DNA from: Clostridia bacterium | Lineage (GTDB): Bacteria > Bacillota > Clostridia > UBA1381 | NCBI GenBank assembly: GCA_017551095.1 | Contig: JAFZMQ010000014.1 | Coordinates: 9,972 to 73,971, forward strand | Direction of reading: 5' to 3' | DNA: 64,000 bases | Shown: positions 50,434 through 60,071 of the stretch, in pieces | Position numbering within the stretch: position 1 is the stretch's first letter | Layout of the letters: each line of letters begins with the position of its first letter | Position numbers and translations under genes: made by a program | Notes under the pieces: generated by a model | Told to the model about the DNA's origin: nothing | The model's input: only the letters and a program-made list of their open reading frames with translations | Databases searched by the model: none

Positions 50434-51191
50434 AACATTTCACCGATAAGCTCGTTCATGCTGTAAAGCCCTGCCGGTTTGCCTTTCATAAATTCAGCTG
50501 CGGCAATAGCACCTGCTGCAAAAACTTCACGGGAAGCCGCACTGTGTGAAAGGGTAATGACCTCATCCTCACCTGCGAAAATTACCTCATGCTCACCGAC
50601 AATATTTCCGCCCCGCACTGCGTGAATACCTATCTCGTTTTTTAAGCGTTCACGCCGCACACTATGGCGGTCATATACATACTCGGGCGTGTTTTCCAGA
50701 ACTTCACTTATTGCATCTGCTATGCTTAGTGCCGTTCCGCTTGGTGCATCAAGTTTTTTATTATGATGTTTTTCTACAATTTCTATATCGAACTTATCGC
50801 CAAGAACTGATGCGGCATTTTTGCAGAGATTTATTAAAAGATTTACGCCTAAGCTCATATTTGCAGAATAAAAAACAGGTATCTCGGATTTTGCACAAAA
50901 AAGTTCATCTTTCTGCTCCTTTGTAAGACCTGTTGTGGCTACTATAAGCGGGAGCTTTCGCTTTTTGGCAAAACCCAAAACAGCAGAAAAAGCGGATGGA
51001 TGTGAAAAATCTACTATCACATCCGCCTCTACATCACATTTTTCTATATCGGTAAAGACAGGGTACGAATTTTTGCAAAAATCATTTATGTCATACCCCG
51101 CAACAATCCGGCAAGTATCGCTTTTTTGCACTTTTTCGCTTATTGCCCTGCCCATTCTGCCGTTTGCACCGCTCAAAATTATATTCGTCAT
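50430..51191 (-). CDS. dapB: 4-hydroxy-tetrahydrodipicolinate reductase
   Basis: N-terminal NAD(P) motif (GANGRMG) and the DapB C-terminal domain. 253 aa. Confidence 0.92.
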   Translation of the reverse strand: MTNIILSGANGRMGRAISEKVQKSDTCRIVAGYDINDFCKNSYPVFTDIEKCDVEADVIVDFSHPSAFSAVLGFAKKRKLPLIVATTGLTKEQKDELFCAKSEIPVFYSANMSLGVNLLINLCKNAASVLGDKFDIEIVEKHHNKKLDAPSGTALSIADAISEVLENTPEYVYDRHSVRRERLKNEIGIHAVRGGNIVGEHEVIFAGEDEVITLSHSAASREVFAAGAIAAAEFMKGKPAGLYSMNELIGEML

Positions 51192-51204
51192 TTGTTTTAA
51201 CCTC

Positions 51205-52095
51205 TTAAAGCTTTTTTACTCCAAAATCAGCAAGTGATTTTTTCAGAATTTCAAGATTTTTTTCTTCCATTTCGCAAAGAGGGAGCTTTAATCCGCCTAC
51301 TTCATAGCCCAAAATATTCATTGCCGTTTTTACAGGAATCGGGTTTACTTCGATAAACAGATTGTTTATAACATCAAGCATATCAAGTTGCAGTTTTGCC
51401 GATTTTTCGATTTCGCCGTTTAAGTAATACTCGCAGATATTATGCGTCTCCTCGGGCAAGATATTTGCAACAACGGATATTACGCCCTTTCCGCCTATCG
51501 ACATAATAGGAACGATTAAATCATCATTTCCCGAGTACATATAAAGCTCCGGAACTTCGCTTTTTACCTTCATTGCGTAGCTCATATTCCCGCTCGCTTC
51601 TTTTATTGCAACAATATTCGGCACTTTTGCGAGTTCTTTTAGTGCGTCTATCGGGATATTAACGCCCGTTCTTGACGGAACATTATACAAAATAACAGGT
51701 ATAGAAATTGCGTTTGCTATTGCCGTGTAGTGTGCAACAAGTCCCTTTGATGTCGCTTTATTGTAGTACGGCGTTACGCACAAAACAGCGTCGCAGCCGA
51801 ATTCTTCTGCCTTTTTTGAAAAATCTATCGCGTGGTTAGTATAGTTACTGCCCGTACCGCCGATTACCTTCATTCTTCCTGCTACCGTTTTTACGGTGTG
51901 CTTTATTATCTCCAAATGCTCGTCATCAGGAAGCGTCGAGGCTTCACCCGTCGTTCCGCATATTATCACCGCGTCGGTTTTATTTCTTATGTGCATTTCC
52001 AAAATTTCGTCAAGCTTTTCGTAATTAGGCGTATTGTCCGCATTAAACGGTGTAATCAGGGCAACGCCCGAACCTGTAAACGGTAACTTTTTCAT
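51205..52095 (-). CDS. dapA: 4-hydroxy-tetrahydrodipicolinate synthase
   Basis: DHDPS family, including the active-site Lys region. 296 aa. Confidence 0.92.
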   Translation of the reverse strand: MKKLPFTGSGVALITPFNADNTPNYEKLDEILEMHIRNKTDAVIICGTTGEASTLPDDEHLEIIKHTVKTVAGRMKVIGGTGSNYTNHAIDFSKKAEEFGCDAVLCVTPYYNKATSKGLVAHYTAIANAISIPVILYNVPSRTGVNIPIDALKELAKVPNIVAIKEASGNMSYAMKVKSEVPELYMYSGNDDLIVPIMSIGGKGVISVVANILPEETHNICEYYLNGEIEKSAKLQLDMLDVINNLFIEVNPIPVKTAMNILGYEVGGLKLPLCEMEEKNLEILKKSLADFGVKKL

Positions 52096-52125
52096 AACAA
52101 CAACCTTTCTGCTCTTTGGAGCAAA

Positions 52126-53208
52126 CTAATCCAAATATCCTTTTTTAGCCAAAAGCTCTGCTAAAAGCACTCCGCCACCTGCTGCACCTCTTAGCGTATT
52201 ATGCGAAAGACTTACAAACTTATAGTCATACTGCGTATCGGGGCGAAGTCTGCCGACAGACACTGCCATCCCGCCCTCTAACATTCTGTCAAGACGGCTT
52301 TGCGGTCTGTCATCTTCCTCAAAATAATGCAAGAACTGCTTTGGTGCATGAGGAAGTTCCAAATCCTGCGGCTCTCCTTTAAAGTTCTTCCATGCCTCTT
52401 TTATTTCCTCTATTGACGGCTTATTTTCAAAGCTTACAAAAACTGCCGCCGTATGTCCGTTTGAAACAGGTACTCTTAAACACTGCGTCGTAATTGACGG
52501 CTCTTTTGCGTCAACAATTTCTCCATTTTCGATTTTGCCCCATACTTTAAGCGGTTCAAGCTCGGATTTTTCCTCTTCACCGCCGATATACGGTATCAGA
52601 TTATCAACCATTTCGGGCCAGGTTTCAAAAGTTTTTCCGGCACCCGAAATTGCCTGATAGGTAGTTGCCAACACCTTTTTTATACCGTACTTTTTAAGCG
52701 GATGAAGTGCCGGTACATAGCTTTGAATTGAGCAGTTTGACTTAACCGCAATAAATCCACACTTTGTGCCGAGCCTCTTTTTCTGAAAATCAATAATTTC
52801 AAGATGTTCCGGATTTATTTCAGGAATAATCATTGGCACATCAGGCGTATGGCGATGTGCGGAATTATTGGAAATTACAGGACATTCAAGTTTTGCATAT
52901 TTTTCTTCCAGAGCTCTTATTTCGTCCTTTTTCATATTTACCGCACAGAACACAAAATCAACAGATTTTACGATTTCTTCTGCGTCTTCCGTCGCGTCCA
53001 TAACGACTATATCGGCAACATTTTGAGGAATATCACCCTCCATCACCCATTTTGAGCCTACTGCTTCACGGTAGGGTTTTCCGGCACTTCTTCCGGACGC
53101 TGCCAAGACCTTTATTTTAAACCACGGATGGTCTGCCAGAAGCTCAATAAAACGCTGACCAACCATTCCCGTAGCCCCGATTATGCCTACATTAAAACTT
53201 TCTTTCAC
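52126..53208 (-). CDS. asd: Aspartate-semialdehyde dehydrogenase
   Basis: GATGMVGQ NAD motif and catalytic Cys region. 360 aa. Confidence 0.92.
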   Translation of the reverse strand: MKESFNVGIIGATGMVGQRFIELLADHPWFKIKVLAASGRSAGKPYREAVGSKWVMEGDIPQNVADIVVMDATEDAEEIVKSVDFVFCAVNMKKDEIRALEEKYAKLECPVISNNSAHRHTPDVPMIIPEINPEHLEIIDFQKKRLGTKCGFIAVKSNCSIQSYVPALHPLKKYGIKKVLATTYQAISGAGKTFETWPEMVDNLIPYIGGEEEKSELEPLKVWGKIENGEIVDAKEPSITTQCLRVPVSNGHTAAVFVSFENKPSIEEIKEAWKNFKGEPQDLELPHAPKQFLHYFEEDDRPQSRLDRMLEGGMAVSVGRLRPDTQYDYKFVSLSHNTLRGAAGGGVLLAELLAKKGYLD

Positions 53209-53272
53209 AACAATCTCTCCTACATAAATTTCTTGTAATTTAATCTTATCATTTTAAGGCGTATATGTCAAC

Positions 53273-54571
53273 TTAAATATCATTTCTTACCAAATCGTCA
53301 AGTGTTTCACGCTTTACGGCAACATAGTCCTTTCCGCCATGAAGCATTACAACAGGCGGTTTTCTTAATCTATTGTAATTTGATGCCATAGAGTAGTTAT
53401 ACGCACCCGTCGTCAAAACCGCAATAATATCGTTCATTTCTGGTTTTGCAATATGAACGTCTTCCTGAATAATGTCACCGCTCTCGCAGCATTTTCCGAC
53501 AATACTGCATCTGAAATGCTTAGGAAGAGTCGCCTTGTTTGCCGTAATTACCGTGTATTCCGCATCATAGAGTGCAAAACGGGGGTTATCGGACATTCCG
53601 CCGTCGATTGCAACATAATTCTTGAAATTCTTAATTTGCTTAACTGTTCCGACTGTGTATAGCGTCATTCCCGCATCTGCAACAATACTTCTTCCCGGCT
53701 CCATCATTATCTTGGGTTTTGGCATACCTACTTCCTTGCATTTTTGAGTCAGAACTTCGCCGACTTCCTTGATGCTGTTCTCAATATCAAGGTCTGGCTG
53801 TGAATAAACATACCTTACGCCAAAGCCGCCGCCAAGATTTAAAATTTCCGGAACATAGCCTGTTTTTTCCTCAACATCATGAGCAAAATCCATCATAATG
53901 TCAACGGCGTCAATAAATGTTTCGGCGTCGAATACCTGTGAGCCTACATGGCAGTGGTAGCCTGAAAGCTCGATATTCCCGTATCCAATTGCCTTTTCCG
54001 CAAAATCATACGCCTGACCTGTCGCAATCGCAATACCGAACTTGGAATCCACATTACCTGTCGCGATTTTCTTGTTTGTGTGCGTGTCGATACCCGGTGT
54101 TATACGCAAAAGCACCTTTTGGATTTTGCCCTGTTTTTTTGCCTCATTATCTATCTTTTCAAGTTCTTCAAAAGAGTCTGCAACAAAATAGCCTATACCG
54201 TTTTTGATTGCAAATTCTATCTCTTCGTCAGTCTTATTATTGCCGTGAAAAAATGCATTTTTAATATCGTATCCTGCGGAAAGTGCTGTGAAGATTTCAC
54301 CTATCGAAACTACATCTACGCCTATACCCTCTTCCTCAGCGATGCGGTACATTTGCTTGAAACTTGCCGCTTTTGAAGCGTATATAGGTGCAGAACCTTT
54401 ACCGAAATGCTTTTGCATAGCATTTTTGTAAATCCGCATTTTTTCACGGATTTTGTCCTCATCCATAAGGTAAAGCGGTGTACCGTATTTTTTTGCAAGT
54501 TCCGTTGTATCAAAACCCGCAAAGGTCAGATTACCCTTTTCATTTGTGTCAATGTTGTTGCAAATTTGCAT
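53273..54571 (-). CDS. lysA: Diaminopimelate decarboxylase
   Basis: PLP-dependent fold III decarboxylase (GGGFGV, CESGD). 432 aa. Confidence 0.92.
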   Translation of the reverse strand: MQICNNIDTNEKGNLTFAGFDTTELAKKYGTPLYLMDEDKIREKMRIYKNAMQKHFGKGSAPIYASKAASFKQMYRIAEEEGIGVDVVSIGEIFTALSAGYDIKNAFFHGNNKTDEEIEFAIKNGIGYFVADSFEELEKIDNEAKKQGKIQKVLLRITPGIDTHTNKKIATGNVDSKFGIAIATGQAYDFAEKAIGYGNIELSGYHCHVGSQVFDAETFIDAVDIMMDFAHDVEEKTGYVPEILNLGGGFGVRYVYSQPDLDIENSIKEVGEVLTQKCKEVGMPKPKIMMEPGRSIVADAGMTLYTVGTVKQIKNFKNYVAIDGGMSDNPRFALYDAEYTVITANKATLPKHFRCSIVGKCCESGDIIQEDVHIAKPEMNDIIAVLTTGAYNYSMASNYNRLRKPPVVMLHGGKDYVAVKRETLDDLVRNDI

Positions 54572-54609
54572 TTTTAAATCCCCCTACCGATAAAATTATA
54601 GTTTACTTG

Positions 54610-54860
54610 GCTTGTCTTTTATGTATATGCACAAAAAAAATGACAGACCGGTAAAGGCTATCATCAAAAGCTCCGTAAAACGAAAACCGATAGCTCTCCG
54701 TACTACAAAGTACGACAACACGGTAAATCTTATTTCACCGTGCCGGATGCAGCTTTTGACATAACTGTCCTCGGCACCGACACCTTTCACATACGGCATC
54801 ACTTTGTCAGAGCTTATTATCCGTAAGTTACTAATTGCCAAATGCGACCTCTACCAAATT
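54610..54860 (-). ncRNA. Lysine riboswitch (L-box) in the lysA leader
   Basis: The minus-strand transcript carries the L-box elements GGTAGAGGTCGCA, GTGAAAGGTGTCGGTGCCGAGGAC and ACGGAGAGCTATCGG, then a T8 tract before the lysA SD. The track ORF at 54596..54841 covering this region is spurious. Confidence 0.8.
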
Positions 54861-54891
54861 GCGTGAATTATATCATACTTTTTCCTTAATG

Positions 54892-55149
54892 TCAACCTTT
54901 ATCGTCAATTTTATTATTTTTTTTGAATTTTACCAACACATATTCGCTGCCGATTGCTACAACTTCGTCCCACGAAACAGTAGTCCCCTTAAAATCGTGC
55001 AATAGCCAGGAAAAATTATTTTTGGGAATAGTTACCGACAGGATTTTTCCACTTGCAAAATCTATATCCATATCCCGTATATACCCGATTTGCTCTGCCG
55101 TGTCCACATCAATCACCTTTTTTTGCCGTAAATCCAAGCTTTTTTGCAT
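54892..55149 (-). CDS. YlmC/YmxH-family (PRC-barrel) sporulation-associated protein
   Basis: PRC-barrel (LRQKKVIDVDTAEQIGYIRDMDID). The probable start is MQKSLDL. Confidence 0.7.
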   Translation of the reverse strand: MQKSLDLRQKKVIDVDTAEQIGYIRDMDIDFASGKILSVTIPKNNFSWLLHDFKGTTVSWDEVVAIGSEYVLVKFKKNNKIDDKG

Positions 55150-55204
55150 AAAATCCCCTCCATTACAATATTTATGCTCGAAAATTTGCATTTAGTTTAA
55201 TTTT

Positions 55205-56833
55205 GTGATATACTCATTTTATAGTTTTTGTATGAGGTATTTTTTTATGGATAGTATGAGTCCTATAAAAAGCATAGATATTCATGATGCCGGAAACGGC
55301 TGTCAAATTCGGTTTGGCGACCTATCAGGCGACGGGCGTATGGATTATCTGCTCGTAAAGCCAAGCCGGGTTTCAGACGAAAGATATTTTGCACATTCCA
55401 TTGTTTGTGCTACCGCATATTCAGTAGACGGCGGACTTTTATGGCAAAAGGGCGACCCTTGCTATGACTCACCTGTGGGACGCTTTGATGTTCCGGCACA
55501 GATTTATGACATTGACCGCGACGGAAAAAATGAAGTTATTTTGATAATGAATGAGGAAATTTTAATCCTTGACGGAAAAACAGGCGAAACCAAAAAAAGT
55601 GTTCCTCTTCCCGACCAATTTGCATGTGATAGCATCACAATCGCTGATTTGGAAGGCACGGGTTATCCTCAAAATATACTTATAAAAAACAAATACAGCA
55701 AATTATGGGCACTTGATTCTAACCTTAACATACTTTGGAGTTTTGAGGGGAATATCGGGCACACTCCTGCCGTTTTTGACATAAACGGTGACGGAAAAGA
55801 CGAGATTATTGCCGGTTACAATGTTTTAACAAGCAGCGGTGAGCTTTTATGGAAGGCGGATATGCCAAAACACGCAAATTCCATATCCGTCTGCAATTTT
55901 GGTGTTGAGAATAATCCTACTATTATTTTCTGCGGTCCGTATGTTGCCGCTTATTCGGTAAGCGGAGAACTCTTATGGACGATTGATGAGGAAAGCAACA
56001 GCGTTTGTATTGCAAAATTCCGCGAAAATGCGGTAAAAGAAGAAATTTTACTCATGGACAGTCTTTCTCTATTCTCCTGTGACGGTGAATTTTTGCTTCA
56101 AAAAAACGAAAAGGTCTATCTCCCTGCCGTTTTATATGATTTTGACAAAAGCGGAAAAACCTACATTGTAGGACACAAAAAGGAGGATATTGTAACATCC
56201 GTTTACGACGGATATATGCGTACCGCCTACACCCTGGAAACCTTTGGGAATATCGTATGCTGTGACCTTTTAGGTGATGGGCATATGCAAATTATTATTT
56301 ACGGAAGCGATACTTTAGACATATATTCCCCGTACGACATAGACTTTTCTGAGCCGATACGCCCGTATATGCGTAAGCAGCCACGGCAATATTACAATGC
56401 CTCAGTCTTCAACTTTATTCCGAAAAGTCAATTCGCGGAAGGGTATATTTCAGATGATTTTGCCTCGCAAAACATATTAAAATGGGCGGATTCTTATGCA
56501 AATGTATATCTTCACAGCAGCTTTGCAAAAGTGACCCGTGCGGAATTTATTACGCTTCTCATTTCGCTACTTAATCTGAAAGAAGACTTTGACGAAAACT
56601 TTTCCGATGTTACACCCGACAGCACTTACTATCAATCTGTCGGAACGGCAAAAGCTTTGGGGATTATAGAAAGTGACGATAATTTCTTCCGCCCTGACGA
56701 AACTGTTACCGTTTCATATGCTAAAAGCATTTTGGACAAGCTCGGAATAGCAAAAACATTCGGTTTTGACGAGAATTACACACTCTCAAAACAAGATTTG
56801 GCAAGGCTTATAATTTCACTTAAAGAACAGTAG
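55205..56833 (+). CDS. FG-GAP-repeat beta-propeller protein with C-terminal SLH-like repeats. No recognisable signal peptide.
   Basis: Repeated DxDGDG-type loops (DLSGDGRMD, DIDRDGKNE, DINGDGKDE, DLLGDGHMQ). The C-terminus (FSDVTPDSTYYQSVGTAKALGII...FRPDETVT) fits the SLH consensus. The true start may be MDSMSPIK (55247). Confidence 0.65.
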   Translation: MIYSFYSFCMRYFFMDSMSPIKSIDIHDAGNGCQIRFGDLSGDGRMDYLLVKPSRVSDERYFAHSIVCATAYSVDGGLLWQKGDPCYDSPVGRFDVPAQIYDIDRDGKNEVILIMNEEILILDGKTGETKKSVPLPDQFACDSITIADLEGTGYPQNILIKNKYSKLWALDSNLNILWSFEGNIGHTPAVFDINGDGKDEIIAGYNVLTSSGELLWKADMPKHANSISVCNFGVENNPTIIFCGPYVAAYSVSGELLWTIDEESNSVCIAKFRENAVKEEILLMDSLSLFSCDGEFLLQKNEKVYLPAVLYDFDKSGKTYIVGHKKEDIVTSVYDGYMRTAYTLETFGNIVCCDLLGDGHMQIIIYGSDTLDIYSPYDIDFSEPIRPYMRKQPRQYYNASVFNFIPKSQFAEGYISDDFASQNILKWADSYANVYLHSSFAKVTRAEFITLLISLLNLKEDFDENFSDVTPDSTYYQSVGTAKALGIIESDDNFFRPDETVTVSYAKSILDKLGIAKTFGFDENYTLSKQDLARLIISLKEQ

Positions 56834-56846
56834 ATCCTTTTGGACA

Positions 56847-56876
56847 CAAAAAAAGGCTTCATACGAAGCCTTTTTA
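56847..56876. terminator. Bidirectional terminator
   Basis: AGGCTTC-atac-GAAGCCT with flanking A and T runs. Confidence 0.8.
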
Positions 56877-56883
56877 AATGCTA

Positions 56884-57510
56884 TTATTTTGTATAAGGCA
56901 GTGTTGTATATCCAACCCATTTAGCAGAACTACGTGCTAAGATTATGTTATCAAGTGCATTAACCTTGCCGTCTGCATTAGCATCAGATTTTGTTTCATC
57001 TATCGTTTGATAATCTTTCCATCCTGCCAAATATCTTGCCAAATATGCAACATCCTTAGCCGTGAATTCACCGTCACCATTTACATCACCATACAGAATT
57101 CCCGGTTCTTCGCCGCCAACCTTATAGTAAACGGTATAGATTTCGTTATCGTCAACCTTAATCTTTAAGTTATATACGCCTTCATCCAAATCTCTTATCA
57201 CATATTCAACATCCTGCGTTGAACCGGTAGTTTCATACTGGTCTATGTACTGAACCGTAGAATCCTGCAAATCTGCCCCTTCCTGAGAACTCAAAAGTGT
57301 AACGTAACCGCCATTTTTTGCACCTATCACTGTAAAGGTAATAGTATCATCTGCTTCAAAGCTGGGCATACTTGCCGCATCCGGTGAAATAGCAAAAGTG
57401 CCGTTAACGCTACCATTCTTCTTGACTTCACTTGTCTCGGTTGCAGCCATTACAGACGCAGAGAAAGACAATGTTGCTACTGCCAACATAATTGCAATTA
57501 ATTTTTTCAT
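56884..57510 (-). CDS. Secreted dockerin type I domain-containing protein
   Basis: Signal peptide (MKKLIAIMLAVATLSFSASVMA). The C-terminus has duplicated Ca-binding dockerin segments (GDVNGDGEFTAKDVAYLARYLAG and DANADGKVNALDNIILARS). Confidence 0.8.
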   Translation of the reverse strand: MKKLIAIMLAVATLSFSASVMAATETSEVKKNGSVNGTFAISPDAASMPSFEADDTITFTVIGAKNGGYVTLLSSQEGADLQDSTVQYIDQYETTGSTQDVEYVIRDLDEGVYNLKIKVDDNEIYTVYYKVGGEEPGILYGDVNGDGEFTAKDVAYLARYLAGWKDYQTIDETKSDANADGKVNALDNIILARSSAKWVGYTTLPYTK

Positions 57511-57636
57511 AACTCATACTCCTCGTTTAATATATTAAGCTATCCTAAACCATTGATTTAGTACACACATTTATGTTAACATATATATTATCATTTGTCA
57601 ACATTTTTTTTCAAATTTTTAAATCTATTTAAAAAA

Positions 57637-58734
57637 TTATTCCGGTTTTTTAGCTCCGCAGTTTTGGCAGAAATTACCGCTATTCACAGTACCGCAGCTG
57701 CATTTCCAACCTGTGTTTTGCGTCTGCTGTCCCATAGCGAAAAGTTGTTGTGTTCCCATATTTCCTGCCGCATTCATTGCCATGCCCATCCCCATAAATC
57801 CTGCCATAGAGCCGTTTTGGTTTGCCGCTGCCGCTCTCATTGCCTCTGCCTGAGCCTCAGTAAGAGTTGCCGCTGCCATTGTCGGATCACGGAGAATTGC
57901 CGCATGTTGTGCCTTTTTAATGAGTTCTTGGTCTTCCTCGGGAAGTGTTACACTGCCCAAAGCAATAGAAATTACTTCAATACCTCTTAATTCTGCCCAT
58001 TTTTCCGATAGCACGGTGTTTATCGCCTTTTCAAGCTCGGCATTGTGCTGAACTATCTGGTTAGGTCTTAATCCCATATCCGAAAGTTTACCAAATGCGG
58101 GTTGAAGTGCCGATACAAATTCCGTTTTAAGTTGCGTGTCGATATCCTCGCGTTTATACTCCCCTGTTACATTTCCTGAAATATTGGTATAAAACAGAAT
58201 CGGGTTTGTAATTTTATACGAGTACACACCAGATGCACGAACCGAAACATCAATATCCAGGTTGATATTTTGGTCAACAACTCTAAACGGCACGGGATTT
58301 GGTGTGCCAAATTTATTATCTAAAAGTTCCTTTGTATTTATGTAATAAACACGCTGGTCTTTTGCAGTATCACCGCCATAGGTGAAACGCCTTCCTACAA
58401 CCTTAAAGGTTTCCTTTAAGGATTCGCCGAAATTTCCTGTAAATACCGACGGTTCGGTTGAAGAATCATATGTATATTCGCCCGGTTCAGCACATACGTC
58501 AACCACCTTGCCCTGTTCTACAATCAGCATACATTGTCCGTCTGCAACGGCAATCCCGCTTCCGTTTGAAATAATATTATCATTTCCCTTTTTGTTTGAT
58601 GAGCGTCCTCCGACTCTCTTTTCGCCTTTTTGCATAAGTATGTCCTGTGATAGCGAATCACAGTAGAAAAACTCTTTCCACTGGTCCGCAAGTGTTCCGC
58701 CTAATGCTCCTAATCCTGCCTTAATAAGTCCCAT
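57637..58734 (-). CDS. SPFH/Band-7-like domain protein with a C-terminal zinc ribbon (COG4260 'virion core protein'-like family)
   Basis: 365 aa ending in CSCGTVNSGNFCQNCG. The Met/Gly/Ala-rich low-complexity stretch before the Zn ribbon is typical of that family. Confidence 0.6.
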   Translation of the reverse strand: MGLIKAGLGALGGTLADQWKEFFYCDSLSQDILMQKGEKRVGGRSSNKKGNDNIISNGSGIAVADGQCMLIVEQGKVVDVCAEPGEYTYDSSTEPSVFTGNFGESLKETFKVVGRRFTYGGDTAKDQRVYYINTKELLDNKFGTPNPVPFRVVDQNINLDIDVSVRASGVYSYKITNPILFYTNISGNVTGEYKREDIDTQLKTEFVSALQPAFGKLSDMGLRPNQIVQHNAELEKAINTVLSEKWAELRGIEVISIALGSVTLPEEDQELIKKAQHAAILRDPTMAAATLTEAQAEAMRAAAANQNGSMAGFMGMGMAMNAAGNMGTQQLFAMGQQTQNTGWKCSCGTVNSGNFCQNCGAKKPE

Positions 58735-58759
58735 TTTTTTCTCTCCTTTTTATTTTCTA

Positions 58760-60058
58760 TTAAAAATCTCTTCCGCCTGAGGAATAGCTTCCGCCGCTTG
58801 ACGAACTTCCGCTTGAATGGCTTGAACCGCCTGATGACGAACTTTCTCTCTTTTTACTTTTTGTAACTGTGGAATATATAAATCTGACCGAATTATTCCG
58901 GATTTTAAGACTGTTCTTTTCAAGATATTCATTAGCGCTTACTGCGGTATGAAGCTTCATTTTTGCTTTCATACCTTCTATTACCATTGCCGCAATAATA
59001 AGTGCAATAATTATACCGACAATTAGAGGCCAACCGAAAAAGTTCGGTTTATTTGACGGCGGCTCTATTATTGCAAAATTGTCCTCACTAAGACTTTTTT
59101 CAATATAATCTGTCGCCTTTTTTATTGCCTCGTAATACCTTCCGCTCCGCATATCGCCGTCCACAATCTCATCTATTGTGTATGTAACATCTGCGTTAAA
59201 AATATCTTCATAGCTATTTGTGGATATAGTACGCCAACCTCTGTTTCCCTCCTCTAAGCACAGGAAAAAACAAACTGCACTAAAATCGTCGCCCTTTCCG
59301 TAACCGCCGTAATAGAGGAAGTCGGCACCGTAAACATCTTTCGAAAGACCGTATGAGCTGTCATCGGTAAAAATCACATAGCTAAAATCATATAGATTGC
59401 AAATTCTTTGAACCTGCTCTATAAGCTCCAATTTTTGCTCATCGGTAAATATTCCCGCATTATCAACAACTCGTACCGGATTTTCCGCATGATAGTTTTC
59501 GAAAGCGTCAACATCGTCTGTATACCAATACGGCATACCGTTTTCCTTATCCGCTTTATCTATGTTCCACTCTTTTGCAAGGTCAAAGACTTTGGTCAAA
59601 TATAGGTCAATCGAGGTATAAACAGATATGCTTTCGTCTCCAAAAAGGCTGTCTGTCAGCTCAAAAAGCATATCTTTCTGCAATTTCGGAATGACGCTTC
59701 TCGCCTTGCCGTAAAAGAATATGTTATACTCGCCATTTTCGGTATTAATAATAAGGAAAATGCCGTCCTTGCTATCCCCGTAGCCGAATTTATTGTTTTC
59801 ATAAACAATATTGGCATACTCGTAGAGTTCCCCGTCATATTCATACTTGTCAAGAATGAATATGGGAAAATCCATTTTCAAAGGCTCGATACTCTCATTT
59901 ATTCTATTGTTTAAAAGCCTGTGTTCCTCTTCTGTCACCGTTTCAGCATAGTCGTTAAAGCGGTAAATCGAGCCGTCATATGCAGGTTCTGCCTTAACAT
60001 AAATGAAACAGGATATTAAGGTCATCAAGATAAACAGGGCAGAAATTCTCTTTTTCAT
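58760..60058 (-). CDS. TPM-domain (YgcG/TLP18.3-like) membrane protein with a Gly/Ser-rich C-terminal tail
   Basis: Signal peptide, two TPM-like repeats, a TM segment (WPLIVGIIIALIIAAMVI) and a tail SSSSGGSSHSSGSSSSGGSYSSGG. Confidence 0.7.
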   Translation of the reverse strand: MKKRISALFILMTLISCFIYVKAEPAYDGSIYRFNDYAETVTEEEHRLLNNRINESIEPLKMDFPIFILDKYEYDGELYEYANIVYENNKFGYGDSKDGIFLIINTENGEYNIFFYGKARSVIPKLQKDMLFELTDSLFGDESISVYTSIDLYLTKVFDLAKEWNIDKADKENGMPYWYTDDVDAFENYHAENPVRVVDNAGIFTDEQKLELIEQVQRICNLYDFSYVIFTDDSSYGLSKDVYGADFLYYGGYGKGDDFSAVCFFLCLEEGNRGWRTISTNSYEDIFNADVTYTIDEIVDGDMRSGRYYEAIKKATDYIEKSLSEDNFAIIEPPSNKPNFFGWPLIVGIIIALIIAAMVIEGMKAKMKLHTAVSANEYLEKNSLKIRNNSVRFIYSTVTKSKKRESSSSGGSSHSSGSSSSGGSYSSGGRDF

Positions 60059-60071
60059 AACTTTTGCCCCC

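Noticed and set aside
54596-54841. 81-aa minus-strand ORF upstream of lysA
   Set aside because: It lies within the lysine riboswitch, which is structured RNA, so a protein-coding interpretation is unlikely.
57595-57990. Cys/His-rich 131-aa plus-strand ORF resembling a metal-binding peptide
   Set aside because: It is antisense to the Met/Gly/Ala-rich low-complexity C-terminus and Zn-ribbon of the SPFH gene. The Cys/His richness comes from the GC/CA-rich complement. No SD.
58750-58932. 60-aa minus-strand ORF overlapping the 3' end of the TPM gene
   Set aside because: It sits in an alternative frame entirely within the TPM gene's Gly/Ser tail region and is probably a frame artefact.
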